A stretch of 64,000 nucleotides of DNA from positions 672,001 through 736,000 of the forward strand of contig OY762463.1 in assembly GCA_963665815.1 (NCBI GenBank), given 5' to 3'. The notes beneath the pieces are model-generated. The model saw only the letters and a program-made list of their open reading frames with translations, ran no database searches and was not told where the DNA came from. This document shows, in pieces, positions 9,971-19,954 of this stretch; the first letter of the stretch is position 1, and each line of letters opens with the position of its first letter. The stretch comes from Candidatus Cloacimonadales bacterium (GTDB lineage: Bacteria; Cloacimonadota; Cloacimonadia; Cloacimonadales; JAIOQZ01). Position numbers and translations under genes: made by a program.

Positions 9971-10759
9971 ATGATTTATAAAAATGGTAACACTGAAATA
10001 TACTATGAAGTTTATGGTGAAGGTAACCCTGTGCTTCTTATTGCAGGTCTGGCTTCAAATTCTGTTAGCTGGGGATCTGTAACACAAGAGCTTGCAAAAA
10101 AACATAGAGTTATTGTGTTTGACAATAGATACTGCGGTCGAACAAAAACAACAGAATCAGATCTCAATGTGAATATAATGGCTAATGATGCTAAGAGTCT
10201 TCTTGAATACCTTTGTATTGATAAACTGGATATTGTTGGGCATTCCATGGGTGGAATAATTGCCCTGGAACTTGTGCAGCTTATTCCGGATAAAGTAAAT
10301 AAGGTTATAGCTGCTGCATGTCCACATAAAATATCAGCCAGAAACACAGCATTATTCAATAGCTGGTTAGAATTGAAGAATGCAGGAATTACTGCCAGAT
10401 TATGGTTTGAGAATATTTTTTACTGGATTCTAACTCTTGACTTTTTTGAGGACAAGGAACTCCTGAAAACTGCTCTTGACTTCTCTGAAAACTATCCTTT
10501 CAATCAAACAGCTCAAGCTTTGGGTAAGCAGGTTCAAGCACTTAACGACTTTAATTTCGGGGAAAACCTGAGTAAAATTGATGCGAAAGTGCTTGTAATA
10601 GCCGGAGAAAAAGATATCCTGATACCGATTGAAGAATGCAGAATTTTAGCAAGGAGCCTCGAGAATTCTCAATTCAAAATTATACCTGATGCAGCTCATT
10701 CATTACACTCTGAAAAACCATTGGAGTTTGTCAGAGTTATCGAAGATTTTCTTCAGTAA
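9971..10759 (+). CDS. Alpha/beta fold hydrolase
   Basis: FDNRYCG, GHSMGG nucleophile elbow, GEKD acid and AAH histidine. Confidence 0.9.
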   Translation: MIYKNGNTEIYYEVYGEGNPVLLIAGLASNSVSWGSVTQELAKKHRVIVFDNRYCGRTKTTESDLNVNIMANDAKSLLEYLCIDKLDIVGHSMGGIIALELVQLIPDKVNKVIAAACPHKISARNTALFNSWLELKNAGITARLWFENIFYWILTLDFFEDKELLKTALDFSENYPFNQTAQALGKQVQALNDFNFGENLSKIDAKVLVIAGEKDILIPIEECRILARSLENSQFKIIPDAAHSLHSEKPLEFVRVIEDFLQ

Positions 10760-10856
10760 TAAATGCTGTAAATTTCATTGAAATGATTATCCTTTGACAT
10801 TAAATCAATGATTTTAAATATGGTTAACCAAAATAATAAAGAAACAGGAATTGAAA

Positions 10857-11603
10857 ATGGAAAACAAAATTTTAGCAAAGGTAAACGGAAAAGAAATCAC
10901 TCAGAACGACATGAACATGCTTTTACATAGCCTTGGACAGCAAAGAGCTGCACAATTCAACAGCGAAGAAGGAAGAAAGCATATACTGAATGAACTCATT
11001 AATCAAAATCTGTTTTTAATGGACGCAAGAGCTAATAAAATAGATGAAACCAAAATGTTTAAAGAAGAACTTGATAGAATGATCGACACAATGATGATTC
11101 AATTCAGAATGAATCAGGTTATGGGATCTGTTCAAGTATCTGACGAAGAACTTAAAGAGTATTATGAAGTACACAAAGCTCATTACAGCAAACAGGAATC
11201 TGTGACAGCATCACATATTCTTGTGGCTTCCGAAGATGAATGCCGTTCTATAAAAGAGAAGATCACTGCAGGTGATGTAACTTTTGAAGATGCTGCTATG
11301 GAATACTCATCATGTCCATCTAAACAAAATGGTGGATCACTCGGTAATTTTGGTAGAGGAAGAATGGTTCCTGAATTTGATCAGGCTGCTTTTGAAATGG
11401 AAGTTGGTGAAGTCAGTGATCCTATTCAAACACAATTCGGTTTTCATCTGATTAAAGTTACAGAAAAAACTGATGCAGAACCATCAACTTTTGAAGAATC
11501 TAAAGAGCATGTATTCAATCATTTAATGCAGGATCGTCAAAAAGAAGTTTATATGTCTAAACTTGAAGAACTTAAAAAACAATATACAGTTGAAATGCTG
11601 TAG
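10857..11603 (+). CDS. PpiC/parvulin-type peptidyl-prolyl isomerase
   Basis: ASHILV, SSCPSKQNGGSLG, MVPEF and TQFGFHLI motifs. Confidence 0.92.
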   Translation: MENKILAKVNGKEITQNDMNMLLHSLGQQRAAQFNSEEGRKHILNELINQNLFLMDARANKIDETKMFKEELDRMIDTMMIQFRMNQVMGSVQVSDEELKEYYEVHKAHYSKQESVTASHILVASEDECRSIKEKITAGDVTFEDAAMEYSSCPSKQNGGSLGNFGRGRMVPEFDQAAFEMEVGEVSDPIQTQFGFHLIKVTEKTDAEPSTFEESKEHVFNHLMQDRQKEVYMSKLEELKKQYTVEML

Positions 11604-11621
11604 ATAGATCAAAATTTCTAT

Positions 11622-11648
11622 GCCCCTGTACAAGGGGCTTTTTCTTTT
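11622..11648 (+). terminator. Intrinsic terminator after the PPIase gene
   Basis: GCCCCT-gtaca-AGGGGC followed by TTTTTCTTTT. Confidence 0.7.
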
Positions 11649-11657
11649 GGAGCTAAC

Positions 11658-12125
11658 ATGTACAAAATCAGAACTTCAGCAAAAGCCATTATCATTCATG
11701 AAGACAAGATACTTCTTTCTAAGCACGCAGACGAAAATGGAAAAATATACTACATACTCCCGGGTGGAGGGCAAAACCATTATGAGGATTTAGAATCTAC
11801 AGTTAAACGAGAATGTCTCGAGGAAGTCGGTGCAGAAGTAAAAGTGCAGGATATTGCCTTTGTACGTGACTATATAGAGGAAAATCATGAGTTTGCAGGC
11901 AGGAATAAGGATTTCCATCAAGTAGAGTTGATGTTCCTCTGCAATATTACTAATCCGTATAATCTGCATCATCCTACAGAGCTGGATACCAGACAGGTTT
12001 CCCGTGAATGGATTCCGCTGAGTGAAATCCCGGAGATCAATCTCTATCCAAAAGTACTTAAGGACAAAATACCGGAATACCTGAACGGAAATACGTGTAG
12101 GATATATTTAGGTGATGTGAATTAA
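11658..12125 (+). CDS. NUDIX hydrolase
   Basis: Nudix box GGGQNHYEDLESTVKRECLEEVG. Confidence 0.9.
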   Translation: MYKIRTSAKAIIIHEDKILLSKHADENGKIYYILPGGGQNHYEDLESTVKRECLEEVGAEVKVQDIAFVRDYIEENHEFAGRNKDFHQVELMFLCNITNPYNLHHPTELDTRQVSREWIPLSEIPEINLYPKVLKDKIPEYLNGNTCRIYLGDVN

Positions 12126-12256
12126 AGGAATTGGATTACAAAACTCCGCAGACCAAACTACAACGTTCAATCTGCGGATATAAACACTTTTCTAAAGTTT
12201 CAGCATAGTCAAAGAGTAATCTTAGTAACATTTAATTAATAACAGTATTGAACATC

Positions 12257-12381
12257 CCTCTTAATGATCCTTCAGAGGACTGGTATAGTTGATGAAAACA
12301 AGCTTTCATCTAAGAATTTCGTTCGAATCTGTTTATTGTGATATTTTGAGTACAAACCTCTTAATGATCCTTAAGAGGACT
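12257..12381. repeat. 25-bp direct repeat (12257-12281 and 12357-12381), internally palindromic
   Basis: CCTCTTAATGATCCTTCAGAGGACT versus CCTCTTAATGATCCTTAAGAGGACT: 24/25 identical with a 100-bp period. The second copy spans the prx stop codon. Confidence 0.85.
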
Positions 12382-13068
12382 CCATTCTTTCCACACGTTT
12401 CCGACTAATGCAGGTCCAGGTTTAAGGACTTTCTTGCCCTCGTCCCAACCGGCAGGACAGACTTCAGCACCTTTAGTTTTTCTAACATGCTGATAAGCCT
12501 TAATTTGACGTATTGTTTCTTCCAGTTTACGACCAACCGGTGGTGTCAGTACTTCCATTGCCTGGATAACACCATCCGGGTCTATAATAAAGCGTCCACG
12601 GAATTCTACCCCGGCAGCTTCATCATAAACACCATATATTCTTCCAACATGACCGGCTCCATCCGAAGCCATATGGAAAGGCACATCCTTTCCTGCCATC
12701 TTGCTTAATTCCTGATCATTCCATACCTTGTGGACAAATTGACTATCGACACTAACGGATACAACATCTGCACCCAGATCAAGTAACTTTTCATAATTGG
12801 CAGCGACCGCTGACACTTCTGTTGCGCAAACAAACGTAAAGTCGCCCGGGTAAAAACACAGTACGAGCCACTTTCCTTTAAAATCAGAAAACTTTACAGT
12901 AGTAAAACCTCCCTGATAATAAGCCGGAGCTTCAAAATCAGGAGCTTTATGACCTACTCTTGCTACTTCCATAGCAATCTCCTTAACAACAGCTTCTTCT
13001 GCTTTTGCTTCGGGAACGCCTTCGACCTTGCTTATTGGTCTGGCACATCCTGCAGATTTTTCAGCCAT
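12361..13068 (-). CDS. 2-Cys peroxiredoxin, PrxU-like (Cys form)
   Basis: FYPGDFTFVCATE, RGRFIIDPDG and VCPAGW motifs; N-terminal GCARP extension. Confidence 0.9.
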   Translation of the reverse strand: MAEKSAGCARPISKVEGVPEAKAEEAVVKEIAMEVARVGHKAPDFEAPAYYQGGFTTVKFSDFKGKWLVLCFYPGDFTFVCATEVSAVAANYEKLLDLGADVVSVSVDSQFVHKVWNDQELSKMAGKDVPFHMASDGAGHVGRIYGVYDEAAGVEFRGRFIIDPDGVIQAMEVLTPPVGRKLEETIRQIKAYQHVRKTKGAEVCPAGWDEGKKVLKPGPALVGNVWKEWSPLKDH

Positions 13069-13211
13069 TACTTTCTCCTTGATATCCGACTATGCTGAAT
13101 AAAATTTATATCAATGATCTAATACATCCTTATATGAATAAATAATAATTGTTATAGGGAATATGTAAAGAAAATAATTGGAAATACCTAAAATTCTAAG
13201 TGAAAATAAGC

Positions 13212-14204
13212 TTACCCAATCTGTGAATTATATTTTAGAAAATTATAAAAATCATTGCGACCTATACTGTTAATAAGACTAATCTTGTATTGCTCATAAA
13301 ATCCTGATTTCAGATCTCCCCTATCAAAATACCACAAACAGTCTATAAGAATACAGAATTTTAGTAAATCGAATATATGTTTCATTTCTAACTCATTTAA
13401 AGGTCTAATTGAATTGTATATCGCAATTATATTTTTTGCACTTTCGAAATCCAAAGAACATTCATCTGAATTAGTATCTCTCCAATTTTTCCAATTAAAC
13501 TTGAATATTACTGAGTCAATTAACAAAACCAGATCCAACATCAGATATGTATAATTTGCATCATCAAAGTCAATAAGTGCCTGAAATTCATTATTCTTGT
13601 ACAGGATATTGGTAAAATGAAAATCGCAATGGCAAACACCTAATGGAAGTTCCACGTAAAGATTGAGGTTATACATTTCATTTCTGAACCATTTGAATTT
13701 CTCATAGATCGGCTTACTTGGATCTTCACCTATTTTCTTGGTCAATGCCTTCATAATTGATTCAGGATTATAGTTAAAGCGAAATTGCTTGTATTCAGAT
13801 TGAAAGCTTCTGGTGATAACACTCAATTCAGCCGTTTTTTTTACGAGTTCTTCTTCTTGGAGTTTATCAGGATTTACAATGTGAGAACCCTCAATATACG
13901 TGAATAAAGCAATGGGTTTATCCATATGTGTACCGGCATAAGCTCCATCTCTATCCATAATTGCATAAGGACAAGGAAAACCATGATTATAAAGAAAGTT
14001 GATCAACTCAAGTTCAAAATACACAGATTCAAGTAATCTGCCTTGTTGGTAATATCTCAGTACATATCTATCATACTCCGTTCGAATAAGAATATTGATC
14101 TGAACTGTGCCAGATTCAAAATATTCATAGTCTAAAAGTCTTCCTATATTGAACCTACTAACAATTTCTTCAAGATCAGATTTTACTAGTATCTCATTTC
14201 CCAT
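13212..14204 (-). CDS. APH/type II homoserine kinase-like phosphotransferase
   Basis: HCDFHFTN catalytic loop, IDFDD and FELEL motifs. Confidence 0.8.
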   Translation of the reverse strand: MGNEILVKSDLEEIVSRFNIGRLLDYEYFESGTVQINILIRTEYDRYVLRYYQQGRLLESVYFELELINFLYNHGFPCPYAIMDRDGAYAGTHMDKPIALFTYIEGSHIVNPDKLQEEELVKKTAELSVITRSFQSEYKQFRFNYNPESIMKALTKKIGEDPSKPIYEKFKWFRNEMYNLNLYVELPLGVCHCDFHFTNILYKNNEFQALIDFDDANYTYLMLDLVLLIDSVIFKFNWKNWRDTNSDECSLDFESAKNIIAIYNSIRPLNELEMKHIFDLLKFCILIDCLWYFDRGDLKSGFYEQYKISLINSIGRNDFYNFLKYNSQIG

Positions 14205-15072
14205 ATTTTCTATCCTGATTTAAATCTGAATGATCATTTCCATGTAATATCCTTTGTATATAATCCCTCTGGCTAACCTCTTTGAAAACTTCATACCCTT
14301 TTTCTGCAATCTGTTTTCGTTCTGCATCCCTATGTAGAAAATGCAGACAGGCTGCAACAAGGTCTTTATAGTTGCAGAATACTGCTCCTTTTCTGAATTT
14401 CATTTCCATTTCAAGATCATTACCTGCTTCCGTAATTACGAATTGCTTGTTCGCGAATAGATATGATACTCTAATGATTTCAAATATTGATGCCTCATAG
14501 TAGTGAACATTCAACACTATTTTAGATCGAGCTATATACTTATCCCGCTCTGCCCCATACACATCATATAAATGCTTAACTCTCACTCCTTGTCTGGCAA
14601 GCTCATTCAAAATCTTTATTCTGCGCTCATTCAGACTCCCGTAAAAAAGCACATCAATATCCTTGCTTTCAATATGCATTTCATGTTCAAGTGTTTTATT
14701 ATATCCGATACCGCAATAATTGACATTACATATATTTAATCGCTTCAGTTCTTTTATATTTTGAGGTGAATAATCCCAGACCCTGAATCTCTTCAGTAAC
14801 TCAGGATATTGTCCTTTCATCCAGGGAGATTCCGGACTTATCTGCTCAAGATTGAATATTATGGTGTCTTCAGATAAATATTTAGCTTCACTACCCAGCA
14901 GATTTGCACCGAACACAATAGGAGTTCCTTCAATCTCGTCAACACTGACTGCATGCTTACAATCATATCCGAGTTCCAATAGAGAATCTTTAAATGACAG
15001 AGCAATCTCATCAAATGCACGAGAATGCTTATATTCTTCCGGTGTAACCTGAAACACTGTATATTGTTTCAT
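14194..15072 (-). CDS. GT-B glycosyltransferase (Glyco_trans_1_2/CgeB-like)
   Basis: DIDVLFYGS, SKIVLNVH, FEIIRV and RKQIAEKGY. ATG 15072 overlaps the upstream stop codon (ATGA). Confidence 0.75.
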   Translation of the reverse strand: MKQYTVFQVTPEEYKHSRAFDEIALSFKDSLLELGYDCKHAVSVDEIEGTPIVFGANLLGSEAKYLSEDTIIFNLEQISPESPWMKGQYPELLKRFRVWDYSPQNIKELKRLNICNVNYCGIGYNKTLEHEMHIESKDIDVLFYGSLNERRIKILNELARQGVRVKHLYDVYGAERDKYIARSKIVLNVHYYEASIFEIIRVSYLFANKQFVITEAGNDLEMEMKFRKGAVFCNYKDLVAACLHFLHRDAERKQIAEKGYEVFKEVSQRDYIQRILHGNDHSDLNQDRKYGK

Positions 15073-16031
15073 ACCTGTCTGTTCAACCACATTTCTTTTA
15101 ACAGTTTATACTTTTCAAACAGCTCCTGTGAATCCTTTATATTTCTCGGAAAGCTGATTTCCATTTTTGCATTTCTCAAGAATCTTCTGAACTCTTTTAT
15201 TTCTTCAGATTCACTAAGTACCGAATCTACGTCCAGAGAATATTTGAGTCTATCTAAGGAGTATTCCGGCTTTAAAATGTATCTTCTCTCTGCTTTTTTG
15301 GATTTTATACCAAGGAGATACATAAAGAAATTTGCTGCCATCATTTTTGATAAATCATTGAATTTCTTCTGTTTGAAATCCATGTATTTCTCATCCTTTA
15401 CATCCTCTGTCTCTCCATGATGGAGCATAAGATTATCTTCTCTGATAAACGCACAATTATAACCGGACAGCATTAACCTGATTCCGTAATCAGTGTCCTC
15501 CCAACCATATCTTCCGAAATCTTCACACCAGAATCCAAGTTCTTTATGTATGGCTTTGTTAATGAACACACATCCACCGTAAATCTCGGCAGTATTCTGA
15601 GGTATTTCAAACCTGACACCTTCTGATTCAACTTGATTAACTACCGGAGCATCCGGAGCATTACGGTAAAAGTTATATGATACAGCACCTATATTATTTC
15701 TCTTCCCAGCTTTTAGGATATTTAGAAATGGTTCTGTCCAACCTGCCTGATTTATCTCAATATCGTTATCAAGCTTCACAAAGTAATCTGCATCAGATAG
15801 TTCCCACAAACAGTTTGACGCTGCTGCAATTCCATAGTTACGATTGAGTAATATCAGTTTATCTATGACACCTTCGTCATATAATTTCGTCAGATAATCT
15901 CGAGTACCATCTGCACTGGCGTTATCTGCTATCAGAATGTTAATCTCTTTCTCAGTATATCGTTTTAATGAGTCTATGCACTTTTGGGTCAGTTCCAGTC
16001 TGTTCCAGGTCACGATGCAAATATCTATCAA
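15069..16031 (-). CDS. GT2 glycosyltransferase
   Basis: IVTWN, DNASADGT, LDND (DxD) and YGWEDTD; AAGGAG RBS before TTG 16031. Confidence 0.88.
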   Translation of the reverse strand: MIDICIVTWNRLELTQKCIDSLKRYTEKEINILIADNASADGTRDYLTKLYDEGVIDKLILLNRNYGIAAASNCLWELSDADYFVKLDNDIEINQAGWTEPFLNILKAGKRNNIGAVSYNFYRNAPDAPVVNQVESEGVRFEIPQNTAEIYGGCVFINKAIHKELGFWCEDFGRYGWEDTDYGIRLMLSGYNCAFIREDNLMLHHGETEDVKDEKYMDFKQKKFNDLSKMMAANFFMYLLGIKSKKAERRYILKPEYSLDRLKYSLDVDSVLSESEEIKEFRRFLRNAKMEISFPRNIKDSQELFEKYKLLKEMWLNRQV

Positions 16032-16312
16032 ACTAATTCTCCTTAAATACGTATTGTAAACATACAAGCAGGTTCTGTCAATTCTTTATCGACCTTTAGA
16101 TGATTTTATAAAGCACTAATTACATTTCGTCTAAATGAATCAAGTGTATTGTGTCTGAACATCTATAATTGATTAGTACTGGAATACGCAATTTATTTGC
16201 AGACTTCAATAGAAATTACAGCAATTCAAATCTTAGGATTGTGAATTTGCTTGACATTGATTGCTATTTAACACCGACTATATAGGAATTTTTATTAGAA
16301 TAAGGAGATTAA

Positions 16313-17080
16313 ATGAAAAAGATAGTTTTCATACTATTTGTTATGTTGCTTTTTATCATAAGCTGTAACAAAAGAGAGAAAATTACAGACCTGAACCAGT
16401 TAGCTGAGAAAGAATTTGCAGTTCCCACAGGAACCATTGCAGATAAGCTTGTACAATCAAAGTTTCCGGACACATCATTCAAGTATTTTAACACAGTACT
16501 TGATGCATGCATGGCTGTAAAAACAGGTAAAGCAGATGCTGCAGCTTACGATGAACCTATCCTTAAAAATATAGCAGCAAAAGTAGAAGGGTTAACCGTA
16601 CTGCCTGACATGATCACCATAGATGAATACGGCTTTGCAGTTGATAAAGAAAATGTAGAACTTAAAAAAGTAATAGATGAAGTTGTGGCATCTTTAAATG
16701 CTGATGGCAGCTATAATGATATGATGAAACGCTGGTTACCGGAACAGGGGGCTCCTGCAGATATGCCTCAATTTGATTACTCCGGTACTGATGGTATTTT
16801 AAGATTTGGAACATCCGCTGTCACTGAGCCATTCTCATTTATTGATGGTAAACAGAATGTTGTTGGACTTGACATTGAAATTGCTTCACTCGTTGCAAAA
16901 AAAATGAATATGAAACTCGAAATAGTAAATATGGATTTTGGTGCGATGATACCGGCTGTTCTTTCCAAAAAAGTTGATTTTATAGGTGCCTGCATTACAA
17001 TTTCTGAAGAAAGAAAACAGAAAGTACTTTTCTCAGAACCATATTACAAGGGTGGGATTGCTGCACTTGTTGCAGAATAA
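16313..17080 (+). CDS. Polar amino-acid ABC transporter binding lipoprotein (permuted lobe order)
   Basis: Lipobox IISC; SBP_bac_3 segments present (PFSF, GLDIEI, ITISEER, FSEPYY). Confidence 0.85.
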   Translation: MKKIVFILFVMLLFIISCNKREKITDLNQLAEKEFAVPTGTIADKLVQSKFPDTSFKYFNTVLDACMAVKTGKADAAAYDEPILKNIAAKVEGLTVLPDMITIDEYGFAVDKENVELKKVIDEVVASLNADGSYNDMMKRWLPEQGAPADMPQFDYSGTDGILRFGTSAVTEPFSFIDGKQNVVGLDIEIASLVAKKMNMKLEIVNMDFGAMIPAVLSKKVDFIGACITISEERKQKVLFSEPYYKGGIAALVAE

Positions 17081-17118
17081 AAACCTTATTTTTGAAATAA
17101 AAACTTTGTCATCTAATG

Positions 17119-17138
17119 AGCCGATTGTAAAATCGGCT
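17119..17138 (+). promoter_or_regulatory. Intercistronic stem-loop after the binding-protein gene
   Basis: AGCCGATT-gtaa-AATCGGCT. Such hairpins are common after SBP genes, where they affect differential mRNA stability. Confidence 0.5.
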
Positions 17139-17154
17139 TATCTTTAATAAAGGG

Positions 17155-17838
17155 ATGTTTATGGATTCTTTAGTATCAAGCTTTGTTAATAATATCATTG
17201 TTGAAGACCGTTATCTGTTAATTATTGACGGTCTGCTTACAACAATTACTATTACTTTACTATCTGTTCTGTTCGGGGTTTTACTGGGAAGTATTATCTG
17301 TATGCTGAGAATGTCGGGAAACAAAATACTTTCCGGATTTGCCAGAGCTTATATATCCATTCTAAGAGGTACACCACTACTGGTACTGCTGATGCTGATT
17401 TTCTATGTTGTTTTCGCATCAGTGGATATTGACCCTGTTCTGGTTGCAGTTATAGCATTCGGATTAAACTTTGGAGCTTATTCCTCAGAGATATTCCGTA
17501 ATGGGATTAACAGTGTTCCAAAGGGACAGACTGAAGCCGGTCTTTCCATGGGATTCTCCGCTTACCAGACTTTCATCCATATAATCCTCCCACAGGCATT
17601 AAAGAGAATTATCCCTGTACTTAAAGGGGAAATTATCACATTGCTGAAAACTACTTCTATTGTTGGTTATATTGCTGTGCAGGATTTAACCAAAGCAAGC
17701 GATCTGATTCGCGCCAGAACATTTGACCCGTTTTTCCCTCTTGTACTGATTGCGATTATTTACTTCCTTCTGTCAAAGCTTCTTACGGTACTACTTGATT
17801 TTGCAGGCAACCATCTGATTCATGGTGGTTCAAAATGA
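17155..17838 (+). CDS. Amino-acid ABC transporter permease
   Basis: [21 protein letters not shown] (EAA loop) and ILPQA motifs. Confidence 0.93.
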   Translation: MFMDSLVSSFVNNIIVEDRYLLIIDGLLTTITITLLSVLFGVLLGSIICMLRMSGNKILSGFARAYISILRGTPLLVLLMLIFYVVFASVDIDPVLVAVIAFGLNFGAYSSEIFRNGINSVPKGQTEAGLSMGFSAYQTFIHIILPQALKRIIPVLKGEIITLLKTTSIVGYIAVQDLTKASDLIRARTFDPFFPLVLIAIIYFLLSKLLTVLLDFAGNHLIHGGSK

Positions 17839-18929
17839 TCAAAGTACGAAATTTAAAGAAATCATTTGGTGATACTTTGGTCCTGAAAGATGTTAATGCA
17901 GAAATCAGTAAAGGTGAGGTCATATCAATTATCGGACCATCAGGAACCGGTAAATCAACATTCCTGCGGTGTCTTAATCTGCTTGAAGTACCTGACTCCG
18001 GAGAGATACAATTCCAGAGCAAAGACCTTCTTGCCGACTCTACTGATATAAGTCTTGTACGTCAAAAAATGGGGATGGTTTTCCAGGCATTTAATCTGTT
18101 TGAACACTTGACGGTAATCCACAATCTTACGATTGCCCCAATCAAGTTACTGGGTATGAGCAAATCCAAAGCACACAAGAAAGCTATCGAAACACTCAAG
18201 AAAGTAGGGCTGACTGAGAAGGCGGACAGTTACCCGGATGAATTGTCCGGAGGCCAGAAACAGCGTGTAGCCATTGCCAGATGCCTGATGATGAATCCGG
18301 AGGTCATATTATTTGATGAACCGACATCAGCTCTTGATCCAACCATGGTCGGAGAGGTATTATCAGTAATAAAAAACCTCGCAAAAACTGGAATGACAAT
18401 GGTGATAGTAACTCACGAAATGGACTTCGCAAGAGATGTTTCAGACAGAGTATTCTATATGGATCAGGGAATTATTTTTGAGAACGGTTCTCCTGAACAG
18501 ATATTTGAATCACCGCTGACAATTGAAGCGGATGTATTTATTAACAGAATTAAGAATTTCCATTACAGCATAAAATCCAGAAACTATGACCTTTATGCTC
18601 TTAATGCAGAAATAGTAACATTTGCAGAGAGACAGTTCCTGAACAAACTATTGATTGAGAGAATCGAACTTGTTACAGAGGAAATCATTCAGATGTATCT
18701 TGATAACAGTGCTACAGTCGATGCTGAACTTGAAATAGCTTATTCAGGTAAAAAGAAGCAGTTGCAAATAATCCTGAACTACAAAGGCAGCAAACACGAT
18801 GTATTTGAGATGTCAGATAATGCTATCTCTCGCAAGTTGTTGGAAAGCTATACAGATAAGATAGAATATGAATATTTAGGTGACAATCGAATTGTACTTT
18901 TCGTAAAACTTGATCACATTGATCATTAA
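17835..18929 (+). CDS. Amino-acid ABC transporter ATPase (GlnQ-like) with a ~125-aa C-terminal extension
   Basis: [25 protein letters not shown] and VTHEM motifs, followed by an extra domain after about residue 240. Confidence 0.92.
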   Translation: MIKVRNLKKSFGDTLVLKDVNAEISKGEVISIIGPSGTGKSTFLRCLNLLEVPDSGEIQFQSKDLLADSTDISLVRQKMGMVFQAFNLFEHLTVIHNLTIAPIKLLGMSKSKAHKKAIETLKKVGLTEKADSYPDELSGGQKQRVAIARCLMMNPEVILFDEPTSALDPTMVGEVLSVIKNLAKTGMTMVIVTHEMDFARDVSDRVFYMDQGIIFENGSPEQIFESPLTIEADVFINRIKNFHYSIKSRNYDLYALNAEIVTFAERQFLNKLLIERIELVTEEIIQMYLDNSATVDAELEIAYSGKKKQLQIILNYKGSKHDVFEMSDNAISRKLLESYTDKIEYEYLGDNRIVLFVKLDHIDH

Positions 18930-19948
18930 GATTTTTTTGTCTGATTTTCAGCCAGAAAATATATCTGCCATAGCTCTTTTACAGATTGATTAAGTAAAGG
19001 AGAAACCACTTTCTGACCAGACTTTCCTATACTTTTTTTCAAGTATTCCAGTTCTTTGAACTTGTCCTTAATTTCCTGTTCAACCGGTTCATTGAATCCT
19101 GCTTCTCGCATCATAAGAACCCCCTTAGACCTTATAGCTAATTCCAGGTAAACTCTTAAATAGCAGTGAAGATCTAAAACAATCTCAGGAGTAAAGCTGG
19201 ATGAGAATCTGGACATATATTGCCCTGTTTTCGAGTCTTTAAACTTTCCGCTCTTCAGGTTGTTAAGCAGCTCAACGTTTGTATCAAAACCTGTTTGAAG
19301 CCATTTCTTAAGTCCCTTTTCACTCTCAGTAAATACAAAACTGATTATTACCGGAAGAACAATGACCTGAGAAATAACTTTGTATAATGGATCAATGCTG
19401 AGTGTATTAAATGCAAAATGGATTGATGCAGCAGCAATATACCCGGGGAAAAATCTACTTACTTGAAAAGTGGTACTTTTACTAATTAGCATTATTGATA
19501 TCATGGAAAAGATTGCCGTTGTACCACCATGCATTATTGCAGTACCAAAACCTCTGACAATCCAGAAATAGATTCCTGAGTCATGTATATAAGTCAGATA
19601 ATAGATATTCTCAAAAATTGCAAAGCCACATCCGACAGAAAATCCGGATATTGCTGCATCGATAGTAAATCCTATCTTATTTCTTCTTATCAGAATGATT
19701 GGCATTATCACCTTTAAAGCTTCCTCAAGAAATGGAGCAATGTATCTTATCAGAACACTGTCTGCAACACCAAAATGATTTAAGAGCGAAAAGTTTGCAA
19801 TCCAGGCAACAATAGCGACAATAAGACCTGAACCGATATAAATCAAAATCCTTCTATAGCTCATCAGCTTGTATGAGTCAAGAAAAGCCAGAAGTGCAGA
19901 GAACAATACTATCGGGGCAATACTTATCAGAATATCTAAAACTAACAT
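18926..19948 (-). CDS. PrsW-family glutamic intramembrane protease with a cytoplasmic C-terminal domain
   Basis: Multi-TM protein with EEALK (EExxK), FAIFEN (FxxxEN), MHG and IHFAFN (HxxxN). Confidence 0.85.
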   Translation of the reverse strand: MLVLDILISIAPIVLFSALLAFLDSYKLMSYRRILIYIGSGLIVAIVAWIANFSLLNHFGVADSVLIRYIAPFLEEALKVIMPIILIRRNKIGFTIDAAISGFSVGCGFAIFENIYYLTYIHDSGIYFWIVRGFGTAIMHGGTTAIFSMISIMLISKSTTFQVSRFFPGYIAAASIHFAFNTLSIDPLYKVISQVIVLPVIISFVFTESEKGLKKWLQTGFDTNVELLNNLKSGKFKDSKTGQYMSRFSSSFTPEIVLDLHCYLRVYLELAIRSKGVLMMREAGFNEPVEQEIKDKFKELEYLKKSIGKSGQKVVSPLLNQSVKELWQIYFLAENQTKKS

Positions 19949-19954
19949 GGCATC

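Noticed and set aside
12144-12178. TCCGCAGA...TCTGCGGA inverted repeat after the NUDIX gene as an ncRNA
   Set aside because: An 8-bp stem with a long loop and no U-tract or family motif; at most a weak terminator.
12826-12828. Selenocysteine recoding in the peroxiredoxin
   Set aside because: The codon is TGC (Cys), not TGA; only a possible SECIS relic is reported.
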